A stretch of 64,000 bases of DNA from Candidatus Bathyarchaeota archaeon (lineage in GTDB: Archaea; Thermoproteota; Bathyarchaeia; TCS64). Below, in pieces: positions 38,148 to 47,040 of the stretch; position 1 is the first letter of the stretch, and each line of letters starts with the position of its first letter. A model generated the notes under the pieces. It saw only the letters and a list, made by a program, of their open reading frames with translations. It had not been told where the DNA came from and did not search any database. Both the position numbers and the translations under genes were made by a program. The stretch lies in the NCBI GenBank assembly GCA_963780545.1, contig CAWACK010000008.1, forward strand, positions 62,152 to 126,151. The letters are read 5' to 3'.

Positions 38148-38630
38148 TTATAGTTTGAAGCTCATTTTCAGCCCCATTACCTCCTCATTCTCCATGATGA
38201 GGCGGTCCCTCCCGAAGCTCCATCGGGGGAAGTGGATTAGTATGTCCATGCCGAGGAGGCTGAAGACGAGCTCCTTGGGTAGTGGCTTGAAATCTGGGCC
38301 AGGCGGGAGGACTGCAAGGCTCTCCATCGGGAAACTGACGTAGCCTCGCTTATTGTCGAGGAGCCCAGCGAGGACGGGGAGGATTATTTCTGCCTGGTGT
38401 ATAACTTTAAGGTCGACTGGTCCCTTCGCGGTCACGATCGTCTTCGTCACCGACTGGAGGCTTAGGTGGTCGATGTTGAGCCTCGCGACATCGTCGGGGA
38501 GTAGGCAGGAGTTGGAACTACCCGTATCCACGAGGAGGGTGATCTGCTGATTCTGGTAGGTTGGCGGGTACCTGACGTAGCCTTCGACCCTGGCTTGCTT
38601 GAGTTTGTCAATTTTACCTATTAGCCGCAT
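38148..38630 (-). CDS. Retropepsin-like aspartic protease
   Basis: LLVDTGSS (D-T-G) motif in a ~160-aa protein. ATG 38630 or TTG 38660. Confidence 0.6.
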   Translation of the reverse strand: MRLIGKIDKLKQARVEGYVRYPPTYQNQQITLLVDTGSSNSCLLPDDVARLNIDHLSLQSVTKTIVTAKGPVDLKVIHQAEIILPVLAGLLDNKRGYVSFPMESLAVLPPGPDFKPLPKELVFSLLGMDILIHFPRWSFGRDRLIMENEEVMGLKMSFKL

Positions 38631-38698
38631 TGTGCCTCGTATCCGTCTATAGGCCAACAAGTTTATAGAGCTTTAATCAACAGTCGAAGCGAGCCCCC

Positions 38699-40012
38699 AT
38701 GCTCCTCCACATCGGGATCGACGACACCGACTCACCTCAGGGGGGATGCACCACCTATATCGCAGCCCTCTTAGTTGAGAGGCTGGAGGCCATTGGTTGC
38801 AGGTTTGTCGACTACCCTAACCTACTTAGGCTCAACCCAAATGCACCTTGGAAGACTAGGGGAAATGGTGCAATCTGCCTCAGGGTTGAGGCGCCAGATA
38901 ATGAAGCAGCGATTAGGAATGAGGTCATTAATATTTTGAAGACCCATTCCGAGTTCGACTGCGACAACACCAATCCAGGAGCAGTCTTCCACGAAGGGCA
39001 AATACCATCGGAGATTAAGGGTTTCTACGAGAGAGTCGTCCAAACAATCGTCGACCTCGACGAAGCGGAACGCCTGATAGATGAATATTGTTCTGGGGCC
39101 GTTGCTTGGAAAAACAGGAGGGGTCTCATCGGAGCTCTCGCTGCTATCGGTGGGACACTGGAGGGAGACCACACCTACGAGCTTCTCACCTACAGAACCC
39201 CAACTAACAGGGGCACACCGCGAAGGGTGATTGAGGACTCGATCAGAAGAATGGATGCGGTATCACCCGACACGTTTAACAGCGTTGACCCAGAAACTGG
39301 CCAGGTCCTCATCACGCCGAGGGGCCCAGACCCAGTTCTCTACGGTGTTAGGGGCGAGACAGCGGGGGCGGTCCTTCGAGCCTTCGGGCTCATAGGAGTA
39401 GAGGAACAAATCGAGAGGTGGGCCATATTCAGGACCAACCAAGGAACCGATGTGCATTTTGCTAGGACCTATAAAGTATCCGAACTCAAACCCAGGTACC
39501 CAGCCGTCATCACAGGACATATCTATGGAGCGCCCAGAATCATTGAGGGTGGACACGTAATAATTACTATCAGCGATGGTTTAGGCTGTATCGACTGCGC
39601 TGCCTATGAGCCCAGCGGAAGCTTCAGGAAAGTGATCCTGAGGCTCAAAGATGGAGATGAAGTCCGCGCTGCAGGAGGTGTTAGAGAGACTAAAATGGGG
39701 CTTACTCTCAACTTAGAGCGCCTTGAGGTTCTCAGCATCTCAACCGAATACAGATATTTGAATCCTAGATGTCCAAGCTGCGGCGGCTCAACCGAATCGA
39801 TGGGGAGAGGACAAGGGTTGAGGTGCAAGAAGTGTGGCTACAGAGATAAGGAGTTGATTAGGATCCGTGAGAAGGTGCCTCGAGATCTAGAACTAGGAAT
39901 CTATCTCCCCCCACCTAGGGCCGAGAGGCACCTCACCAAGCCACTTAAGAGATACGACCATGAGAACATAGGCGTGCCCTCTAAGCTCTTCGAACCATGG
40001 CACTCCGGTTAG
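38699..40012 (+). CDS. tiaS: tRNA(Ile2) 2-agmatinylcytidine synthetase
   Basis: 437 aa with the N-terminal MLLHIGIDDTDSPQGGCTTY and a C-terminal zinc ribbon CPSCGG...CKKCG. Confidence 0.8.
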   Translation: MLLHIGIDDTDSPQGGCTTYIAALLVERLEAIGCRFVDYPNLLRLNPNAPWKTRGNGAICLRVEAPDNEAAIRNEVINILKTHSEFDCDNTNPGAVFHEGQIPSEIKGFYERVVQTIVDLDEAERLIDEYCSGAVAWKNRRGLIGALAAIGGTLEGDHTYELLTYRTPTNRGTPRRVIEDSIRRMDAVSPDTFNSVDPETGQVLITPRGPDPVLYGVRGETAGAVLRAFGLIGVEEQIERWAIFRTNQGTDVHFARTYKVSELKPRYPAVITGHIYGAPRIIEGGHVIITISDGLGCIDCAAYEPSGSFRKVILRLKDGDEVRAAGGVRETKMGLTLNLERLEVLSISTEYRYLNPRCPSCGGSTESMGRGQGLRCKKCGYRDKELIRIREKVPRDLELGIYLPPPRAERHLTKPLKRYDHENIGVPSKLFEPWHSG

Positions 40013-40043
40013 GCTTTTAATTCACTGAGCAGAGTTCTCCATC

Positions 40044-40223
40044 ATGCAAAAGCAGCGGTGCCCAAAATGTGGTTCCGAGGAACTCATAGAGAACATGTCC
40101 CACGTTTACAATGAGTGGGGTGAATTCGCCGGGATTGAGATTTATAAGAAGTGTAACAAGTGCGGGGAAATCATTAGAGATGAGACTAAGATTGAAAAAG
40201 AGCCTGCCAAAGACAAAATTTAG
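40044..40223 (+). CDS. Small zinc-ribbon protein (below the ORF-track cut-off)
   Basis: 59 aa: MQKQRCPKCGSEELIENMSHVYNEWGEFAGIEIYKKCNKCGEIIRDETKIEKEPAKDKI, with CxxC-x29-CxxC. Confidence 0.5.
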   Translation: MQKQRCPKCGSEELIENMSHVYNEWGEFAGIEIYKKCNKCGEIIRDETKIEKEPAKDKI

Positions 40224-40406
40224 CCAGGCTGGACCAGTATCCTCAATCGTGATGGTGACTTCAGTCGACGCAGACGATAAACCCAAAATCGTAAAGTTTG
40301 GTTTTTAAAGATACGAAAACTCATCTTAGAGAATTTATATCCAAATGTTGTTTTACTCGAAAGCTTCGTCCTAACGTTTTTAATCGGATATACCTACGAA
40401 CCTCAC

Positions 40407-40940
40407 ATGCCGAAAGTCGAGATGCCAGCGAATAAGATGCTTCAGGCTGGACCCACGGGGAACGTCGTAATGGTTAGTTGCTGCGATGGAGATGGTCGAG
40501 CAAACATCATAACGGTTGGCATGTATATGCCGATCAGCATCAACCCTCCTCAAGTCTGCATAGGCATCGCACCTGAAAGGTTCAGCCACGATCTGATTTT
40601 TGAACAGGGTGAATTTGTGGTTAACTCACCCAGTTTTTCTCTTAAGGATAAGATGCATCTCTGTGGAATCAAGTCTGGGAGAGAAATCGATAAGTTCAAG
40701 GTGTTCGGATTGACACCGATCCAAGCGAAGAAGGTCAGACCTCCACTCATCAAGGAGTGCTTTGGACACATTGAGTGCGAGGTAGTTAATAGTATAACAT
40801 GTGGCGACCACACGCTTTTCGTTGGGGAAGTTGTGTCAGCCTCTGCAGACAGGGAAGTCTTAGCTGGTACAAACCTAGATGCTTTAAAAGCACAACCGAT
40901 AATGCAGAAAAATAATGTATATTTTACGATCACAAGTTGA
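40407..40940 (+). CDS. Flavin reductase-like FMN-binding domain protein
   Basis: 177 aa. The split-barrel flavin reductase pattern is present (NIITVGMYMPISINPP..., GDHTLFVGEVV). Confidence 0.75.
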   Translation: MPKVEMPANKMLQAGPTGNVVMVSCCDGDGRANIITVGMYMPISINPPQVCIGIAPERFSHDLIFEQGEFVVNSPSFSLKDKMHLCGIKSGREIDKFKVFGLTPIQAKKVRPPLIKECFGHIECEVVNSITCGDHTLFVGEVVSASADREVLAGTNLDALKAQPIMQKNNVYFTITS

Positions 40941-42498
40941 AATTCATATATTCGGAATGAGTGCCATCTCCATTATGATTTAACTTGGAATGTAAGCGTG
41001 TCGCGCGTGCGATAATAGGAGGCTGTGACTTAACCTTATGTTACAAAGTATCCGATTGCCCCACAAATAAAGAGGTAAACTAAAACAGTGACTGGAAAAG
41101 ATAGAGGCGAAACACCCGGCGTTAGTTGAAAGCCACCAACCCAAATACCAGACCCATTATTCCACCTATCAAAATATTGCTAATTAACTTTACAGTTATT
41201 TTCTTAGTTAAAGTCTCATCCACTCATCTATAAAATGCCTCATTTCTATTATTTTATCTAGCACATAAAAAAAGGAAACATGTTTTAAATATCAACTAGA
41301 TAAGAAGGCTACTAAGTCAGAGAGGGTCCCGTTGAATTTTATTTGATAAGCACCATTCGTCGTATCAATGTTATAGAGTGTAAAATTAGTAATAGTTTGA
41401 CCTTTGGATAACCAATAGTTGTAGTATGATCCAAGCTCCGCTGCTGCGATCTTTGGCGTAGCCACATCATGATCCATCGTCACATACCCTCCCGATAAAT
41501 CAAAAATACATACCTGGCCCCCCGCAGAGGGACAAAATATGGCTGAGTGAATTGACTCATCTGAAAACGTTAAGACACCAATGTAGGCGGAGTTCAAGGT
41601 GTACTTAATGTACCGATCGTAGTACTTCATCATCGCGTACTCGAGTATGGCTTGATTCTCGGAGTCTCCCTGCCCCGTTGATAAGGTAAATTCGGGAGTT
41701 TGAAGGTACTCTTCACGTTCAAGTATTTTGAAACCAGAGTTTACATGGGTACCATTATAGTTTATAGAAGTTGTTTCTATGTAGGGAATATTTACATCAT
41801 TTGTTGATGTTATTCGTCGACCAGTTAACCACGTGTTTATCTTATCATAGGCGGCTATGTAACTAGGCTCATTGGGTAGGAGCTCCGTTACTTTGGCTCC
41901 TACTTGTTTTATGTCGCTGTCATTTAACGTCCTAGCAAATGAGGCTGTTATGAAGCAGTAGGATTGGAGGGTGTTATTTAGGTAGGTTAGGTTTCCTGAG
42001 ATTTGCTCGAAGTAATTCGAGGCTAGCTGGCTGCTGGCCTTTAGTTGAGTGTAGCTGCTTTGAAGCTTAGAATAGTTAGCTTCGATTAGTTGTTTTTGCT
42101 GATTTAGGTTATCATAGCTCTTTTGGAGGTCATTTTTCTGGTTTCCTAGTAGTTGATATTGGCTGTAGAGTGCGGTGTATTGTATCTGTGAGTCCGAGAG
42201 TTTTCCTCTGATGTCGGTTACTTGGTAGTTGATCGCAAAATAGCCTACACCGGCACCAACTATTAATCCAATTATGAGGTAGATTATTTTTTGTTCCATG
42301 TTGTTAAAGTAATTAGTTTAGATTAAAAACTGATGGATCGTTTATACATTACGCGCGCACTTAGCAGTAGGATAATGGAATATACTAGTGCACTGAATCA
42401 ACTACACACAATAGGTCTATTATTAACTCACTTTACTCTGTGAATCTTGTTAATGTTAATAAAGATGGGTCATCTTCAACCGGGATGAGGCGTTACGA
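40941..42498. other. AT-rich islet 3 (envelope protein gene plus long AT-rich spacers)
   Basis: Visibly AT-rich. Alternating CG tracts lie within the islet near both ends, at 41002-41011 and 42350-42360. Confidence 0.55.
41292..42299 (-). CDS. N-terminally anchored coiled-coil surface protein with transglutaminase-like C-terminal domain
   Basis: 335 aa with an N-terminal TM (IIYLIIGLIVGAGVGYFAI) and a Q/N/S/Y-rich heptad region. The C-terminal domain carries the G-x-G-D-S-E-N-x-A, H-S-A and F-D-L-S pattern. At least 7 sequons. Confidence 0.45.
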   Translation of the reverse strand: MEQKIIYLIIGLIVGAGVGYFAINYQVTDIRGKLSDSQIQYTALYSQYQLLGNQKNDLQKSYDNLNQQKQLIEANYSKLQSSYTQLKASSQLASNYFEQISGNLTYLNNTLQSYCFITASFARTLNDSDIKQVGAKVTELLPNEPSYIAAYDKINTWLTGRRITSTNDVNIPYIETTSINYNGTHVNSGFKILEREEYLQTPEFTLSTGQGDSENQAILEYAMMKYYDRYIKYTLNSAYIGVLTFSDESIHSAIFCPSAGGQVCIFDLSGGYVTMDHDVATPKIAAAELGSYYNYWLSKGQTITNFTLYNIDTTNGAYQIKFNGTLSDLVAFLSS

Positions 42499-42846
42499 TT
42501 GAGAAGTTATCTGAAACTCTACGGTCCACCGCTCCTTAAGGCGATGAAGACGCTTGAAAAAATCGCCGTTGATATGCCAGAGGTGTGTATTATGGATACC
42601 TTCATCGAAAAATCTTACCCCCCTTTACAAACCAACGAGGATGTGATGAACTACTTCGATGTAGATGACTTGTCTGCGGAGAGGTGCCGTAATATAATCA
42701 GTAAGTCGGGTGAGAGGATCGGCGATGCGGATTTCTTCTTCGAGTGGTTCTCTGAGCCAAGTATCGATCAACTAAACCTGCTAATCGAGAAAATTGATGA
42801 GGCCTTGAAGCCGCTCGGCGCTAGCTATACGATATCAACGAAGTGA
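42499..42846 (+). CDS. Hypothetical protein
   Basis: 115-aa ORF, TTG start, acidic, with no recognisable motif. Confidence 0.4.
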   Translation: MRSYLKLYGPPLLKAMKTLEKIAVDMPEVCIMDTFIEKSYPPLQTNEDVMNYFDVDDLSAERCRNIISKSGERIGDADFFFEWFSEPSIDQLNLLIEKIDEALKPLGASYTISTK

Positions 42847-42880
42847 ACGCTCAGAGAGTTAGTAAAAACTCTGAACTCAT

Positions 42881-43696
42881 TTAATACCAGCCGAGGGTCC
42901 CCTCACGTTTCGACCTGTTCACACCCCACCAAAATACCTTGTATCCCAATGGGAGGAGTACAACGGCAAATATTGTCCCTTTAAGGAACTCCAGTAGTAT
43001 GGCGGGGTCGGTCATGGAGGGGTTTGTCAACATGGCGACACGGCATAGATGATACACCCAGGTTTGTGGGAGGAACCATGAGATGGTGGATGCCCCCGGA
43101 AATAAGATTGTGTCAAGGTATATGACTGGGAAAGCGATGCCGGAGAAGAGGTTTTGCAATACGTTCAGCGCCCAAGTTATTGGGTCTGTAGACTTGGTGA
43201 GTATCCTCAATCCAGTTGAGATCATTGCAAGCCCCATCATGATTGCGGCAGAGATGGCGAAGGCGAGGATGACGGCGATGATGTTCGCATTTATCGTGGC
43301 GTGGAAGAAGGAGATGCCGATGAAGTAGTAGGGTATGAAGCTGAGGATGGAGAATATGTAGGTCCATGTTATGTTTCCAAGAACGAAAATTGGCGTGCTC
43401 ACGCCCGTCATGAGGATCGTTTCGAGAGTCCACGGGTTGAGTTGGGTCTGTATTCCCTGGACGAGCGGCATGACAAGGTTGCTCACCATGACTCCGATGA
43501 GGAGGAAGGAGATGTAGTCGCTGCCATACATCTCCTGAACTGGTCTTTGGACGTAGGCAGCCTGGACGCCCCAGCTGAATACGGCTATGAAGATACCGAC
43601 TATCGATGTTATCGCCGCGGTTCTGTAAGTTGCCCAGCTGAACATATCGCGTTCCGTGAAGGCGATTATCTGTTTGAGGGCTATCGGCATCTTCAT
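42881..43696 (-). CDS. ABC-2 type transporter permease
   Basis: 271 aa with six predicted TM helices. Its start overlaps the ATPase stop by 4 nt. Confidence 0.75.
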   Translation of the reverse strand: MKMPIALKQIIAFTERDMFSWATYRTAAITSIVGIFIAVFSWGVQAAYVQRPVQEMYGSDYISFLLIGVMVSNLVMPLVQGIQTQLNPWTLETILMTGVSTPIFVLGNITWTYIFSILSFIPYYFIGISFFHATINANIIAVILAFAISAAIMMGLAMISTGLRILTKSTDPITWALNVLQNLFSGIAFPVIYLDTILFPGASTISWFLPQTWVYHLCRVAMLTNPSMTDPAILLEFLKGTIFAVVLLPLGYKVFWWGVNRSKREGTLGWY

Positions 43697-44811
43697 TGTG
43701 AGTTCTCTCCCTCCAAATGTCTGAAGTTATGCCTACCATTTTGACCCGTTATTGCATTGAAGGCATCCTCAAGAGTTGGCTCCTCAGTATTGACTGCAAG
43801 AACTCTGAGGCCACTACCAGCAAGCATTTGAAGAATGTTGGTAAGGTCCATATCCTTTGCGACCCTCATTGTGATCCCGTGAAGCCTATTCGCCTGGTCC
43901 ACCTCCTCTGAGACGCTGTGAACCCCATTGACAGCTTCAAGGTCTTTTAGTAGTGTTTCCTGCCCTGGCCCGAACGATGCGTTGGCGAAGGATACTTTTA
44001 GAAACCTGTCTTCTATGATGAAGTGTCTGACGTTGTCGGGGGTGTCTGAGGCAATCACCTTCCCACGCTCCATAATTGCGAGTCTATCGCAAAGCTCCTG
44101 GGCCTCTAGGAGGTTATGAGTGCTTAGAACAATCGTCTTACCCTCCTTGCGGGCAAGTCTCTCGATAATCATCTTCCTGAATTCACCAGCAGATGTAGGA
44201 TCGAGGCCCGTCGTTGGCTCATCGAAGACGATGATCGGCGTGTTTCGAAGCAGGGCCCTGCAGAGGAGGAGCCTCCTCTGCATACCCGTCGAGTAGCGCT
44301 GGATACCATCGTCTGCCCTGTCAGTTAGGCCTGTGAAGTCTAGGAGGTAGTCGATCCTCTCCTTCGCCTCAGCATCGCTCAGACCGTAGAGTAAGGCGTA
44401 GAACTCCAGATTCTGCTTACCGCTGAGCCGCCAGTTGAACCCACGGCTCTCAGGGAGGACGGCTTGAAGATTTCTCAGCACCTCACCCATCTCCTTCTGC
44501 GGGTCGTGGCCGTTTATGTAAACCTCGCCCCCGTCGCGAATGACAAGCGTACAAAGGATCTTGATGAGGGTGGTCTTCCCTGCTCCGTTGGGCCCTAAGA
44601 TACCAAATATCTCTCCCTCCCTGATCCGAAGGTTCACACCCTTGAGGGCCTCGATAAATGGCCCTCTGGAGCCCTTAATAGCATCTAGTATTATCCCGAA
44701 TGATCCCACCGACGCTCGCGCGGCGGGGCCGCCACGGAGGACTCCAGCGACGCTTCTCGCTTTAGTTGGATACTTTTTAACTAGGTTGATTGTCTCGATT
44801 GCGTACTCCAC
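43693..44811 (-). CDS. ABC transporter ATP-binding protein (DrrA/NatA-like with C-terminal domain)
   Basis: Walker A GPNGAGKTT, signature YSTGMQRRL and Walker B IIVFDEPTTGLD. GTG 44811 preferred; the ORF extends to 44931. Confidence 0.85.
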   Translation of the reverse strand: MEYAIETINLVKKYPTKARSVAGVLRGGPAARASVGSFGIILDAIKGSRGPFIEALKGVNLRIREGEIFGILGPNGAGKTTLIKILCTLVIRDGGEVYINGHDPQKEMGEVLRNLQAVLPESRGFNWRLSGKQNLEFYALLYGLSDAEAKERIDYLLDFTGLTDRADDGIQRYSTGMQRRLLLCRALLRNTPIIVFDEPTTGLDPTSAGEFRKMIIERLARKEGKTIVLSTHNLLEAQELCDRLAIMERGKVIASDTPDNVRHFIIEDRFLKVSFANASFGPGQETLLKDLEAVNGVHSVSEEVDQANRLHGITMRVAKDMDLTNILQMLAGSGLRVLAVNTEEPTLEDAFNAITGQNGRHNFRHLEGENSQ

Positions 44812-44911
44812 ATCTATCAAGCTTCTTTGTAATCTGGTGAATATGTAGGTGGGAGCGTAGAGTAGGTTAAACCTTATCAACAGAATTGGATCAGGAACTA
44901 GTAAAATCATT

Positions 44912-45565
44912 TTATTTGGGTATATTTCCACGTGACTCGACTTTTTGGTAGAGGTAATATGAGTAAACTACCGAAAAGATGGCAACCGCGAGGACGGGGG
45001 TGAGAATTAGGAGTAGGGCGTACTCCTTGGAGAAGAACCCTAGCATCGAAACGATACCGGCAGCCAAGAAAAGCCTACCACCGACCTCGTGAGTCCTATC
45101 CCAAACCTCCTCGCTGCTCAGAGTCCAGGGTGTCCGAATCCCCACGAACCAGTTTCGCTTCGCCTTCCCAAGCATCATTCCCAGGTAGATGAACATGCCA
45201 CCCATCATAGGAGCGAGCAACTGGTCGATCTGGAACGGTATACCCAGCGCCGAGGCAAGTATGAGCCCTTGGAAAGCGAGGAAAAAGACTTCGAAGACGA
45301 CGATTAACCCGATGTAATATGTATAGAATTTCTCGTAGTTCGCGTGAAGCGGGTCTATCCGTGGTAGGACGAGGAACATAGATGCAAGAAGGAGAGAAAG
45401 CACGGGGATTAGAAATAGCCCCAGAGGCTTCGAAGAGTAGCCATTTATCACCCCAGCTGCGTTCCAGTGGCTGGGGATCTGCTCAGGCGCCAACGGGTAA
45501 ACGTAAGCGGTGACGATTAGCATCGCTACGACTGGCAGATAAACCAGTAGCGCCGTTTTTCTCAT
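44912..45565 (-). CDS. SdpI/DUF1648 family membrane protein
   Basis: 217 aa with IPSHWNAAGVINGYSSK (DUF1648-like) and NWFVGIRTPWTLSSEEVWDRTH (SdpI-like). Confidence 0.75.
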   Translation of the reverse strand: MRKTALLVYLPVVAMLIVTAYVYPLAPEQIPSHWNAAGVINGYSSKPLGLFLIPVLSLLLASMFLVLPRIDPLHANYEKFYTYYIGLIVVFEVFFLAFQGLILASALGIPFQIDQLLAPMMGGMFIYLGMMLGKAKRNWFVGIRTPWTLSSEEVWDRTHEVGGRLFLAAGIVSMLGFFSKEYALLLILTPVLAVAIFSVVYSYYLYQKVESRGNIPK

Positions 45566-45651
45566 GTCGGTACGATCCCTCGTACCAACTTTAAAAGTTT
45601 AACAGTGGATGACGGAAAATATTTTGTCTACTAACCTATAACGTCTCTAAT

Positions 45652-46155
45652 GTGAAGCATAAGATCGACTTCAGGATAAGGGAAGCCATCGAGGCCGACA
45701 TCCCGATTATCATGGATCTCGCTAGGCAGCTTGCTGCCTATGAGAGGTCTCCGGAGAGTTTTGTCGCTGCGGCGGCGGACTACAGCAGGTAGGGTTGGGG
45801 CTCAGAGAGCATATTCAAAGTGCTCCTCGCCCAAAACACGGGAAATGAAGAACCTAAGTATGTTGGCTTCGCCCTTTACTACTACACCTTCAGCACGTGG
45901 ACCGGACACCCGACCCTATGGCTCGAAGATATCTTCGTACCAGAGGAACTCAGAGGGTCTGGCGTTGGCACTGCTCTCCTTAAGAGACTTGCCAAGATCG
46001 CCTTGAATAAGGGCTGTGGCCGAATGGAGTGGACAGTCCTCGACTGGAACGAGCCGAGCCGAAAGTTTTACTTCAGTATCGGTGCAAAAGCAATGGATGA
46101 TTGGACGACCTTCCGCATGACCCCGAAGGAGTTGGAAAAACTCGCCGAGGGCTAA
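45652..46155 (+). pseudogene. GNAT (diamine/SSAT-like) N-acetyltransferase with in-frame amber codon
   Basis: A single frame from GTG 45652 reads ...IREAIEADIPIIMDLARQLAAYERSPESFVAAAADYSR-TAG-GWGSESIFKVLLAQ...LRGSGVGTALL...GCGRMEWTVLDWNEPS. TAG at 45790-45792. Confidence 0.75.
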
Positions 46156-46248
46156 CTTTTTCCTATCATTTCATCTCAGGCGACTTGGTTCTAAATGAGG
46201 TTTAAATACCCCACACTCAAACGATTAGCAGACAAGGGGCAATAAACA

Positions 46249-46950
46249 ATGTCACGTGGAAGGGAGTACGACGAAGCCATCACTATCTTCTCCCCTGAAG
46301 GGCGAATCTACCAGGTCGAGTATGCATTAGAGTTGGTGAAGCGAGGCGCACCAGTCTCCGGCGTCCTCACCAAGGATGGGATTGTTCTAGCTGCCGTCGA
46401 GGTTCTCCAAAATAGCCTTGAGGACCCGCGTTTCAGTAAGAAGCTCTTCGAATTCGACACTCACATCGCAGCTGTAATCGCTGGTCTGAGCCCCGACGCC
46501 CGCGTACTAGTCAGAGAGGCACGCTACGCCTGCCAGGGTAACAGGATGACTTACGATGAGCCAATAAATGTGGAGAGCCTCGTCAGCAGCATCGGCGACA
46601 TCTTACAGCAGTACACCCAGAACGCAGGCGTGCGCCCCTTCGGTGTTAGCATGATAGTGGGCGGGATAGACGCCGGTGGTCCCCGCCTTATAACAACCGA
46701 TCCAAGCGGCAGCTACCGAGGATACAAGGCTGCAGCACTCGGTATGAACAGTGAGAAGGCGAGAGAGATCCTAGAGAAGAAGTACAAACCTGATATGACT
46801 CTTAATGAGTCCATTGCCCTCGCGATTGAGACGGTTAAGACCGCGTATTCGAATGACCTCAAACCGGAGAACATAAACGCGGCTGTAATTCCAGTGGAGA
46901 CGAAGACATTCAGGAAGCTCACGGACGAAGAAGTCAAGAAGTACTTCTAA
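46249..46950 (+). CDS. psmA: Proteasome subunit alpha
   Basis: 233 aa with the YDEAITIFSPEGRIYQVEYA N-terminus. Confidence 0.95.
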   Translation: MSRGREYDEAITIFSPEGRIYQVEYALELVKRGAPVSGVLTKDGIVLAAVEVLQNSLEDPRFSKKLFEFDTHIAAVIAGLSPDARVLVREARYACQGNRMTYDEPINVESLVSSIGDILQQYTQNAGVRPFGVSMIVGGIDAGGPRLITTDPSGSYRGYKAAALGMNSEKAREILEKKYKPDMTLNESIALAIETVKTAYSNDLKPENINAAVIPVETKTFRKLTDEEVKKYF

Positions 46951-47040
46951 GCTACTTCACTATCTTCACGTTTCTCGATGCTATAATTCTCCTCTAATCG
47001 AAGGGAACTGTTAAACCGATGCCTTCCCAAATTATCAACG

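Noticed and set aside
40017-40286. 89-aa minus-strand ORF downstream of tiaS
   Set aside because: The plus-strand 59-aa zinc-ribbon ORF (40044-40223) with two CxxC pairs is the more plausible coding frame.
41122-41223. 33-aa GTG-initiated single-TM ORF (VDETLTKKITVKLISNILIGGIMGLVFGLVAFN) in the AT-rich spacer
   Set aside because: It is too short and has a non-ATG start. Hydrophobic ORFs arise easily by chance in AT-rich sequence, and nothing else supports it.
43113-43739. 208-aa same-strand alternative-frame ORF inside the ABC-2 permease gene
   Set aside because: The His/Arg/Pro-rich translation has no domain features, whereas the permease frame gives clean TM helices.
45790-45792. Pyrrolysine or genome-wide amber reassignment as the explanation for the in-frame TAG
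   Set aside because: TAG is used as an ordinary stop by several neighbouring genes (for example 302-304 on the minus strand, 2332-2334, 13802-13804 and 63075-63077). No pyl genes are in the window. A simple nonsense mutation or base error is more parsimonious.
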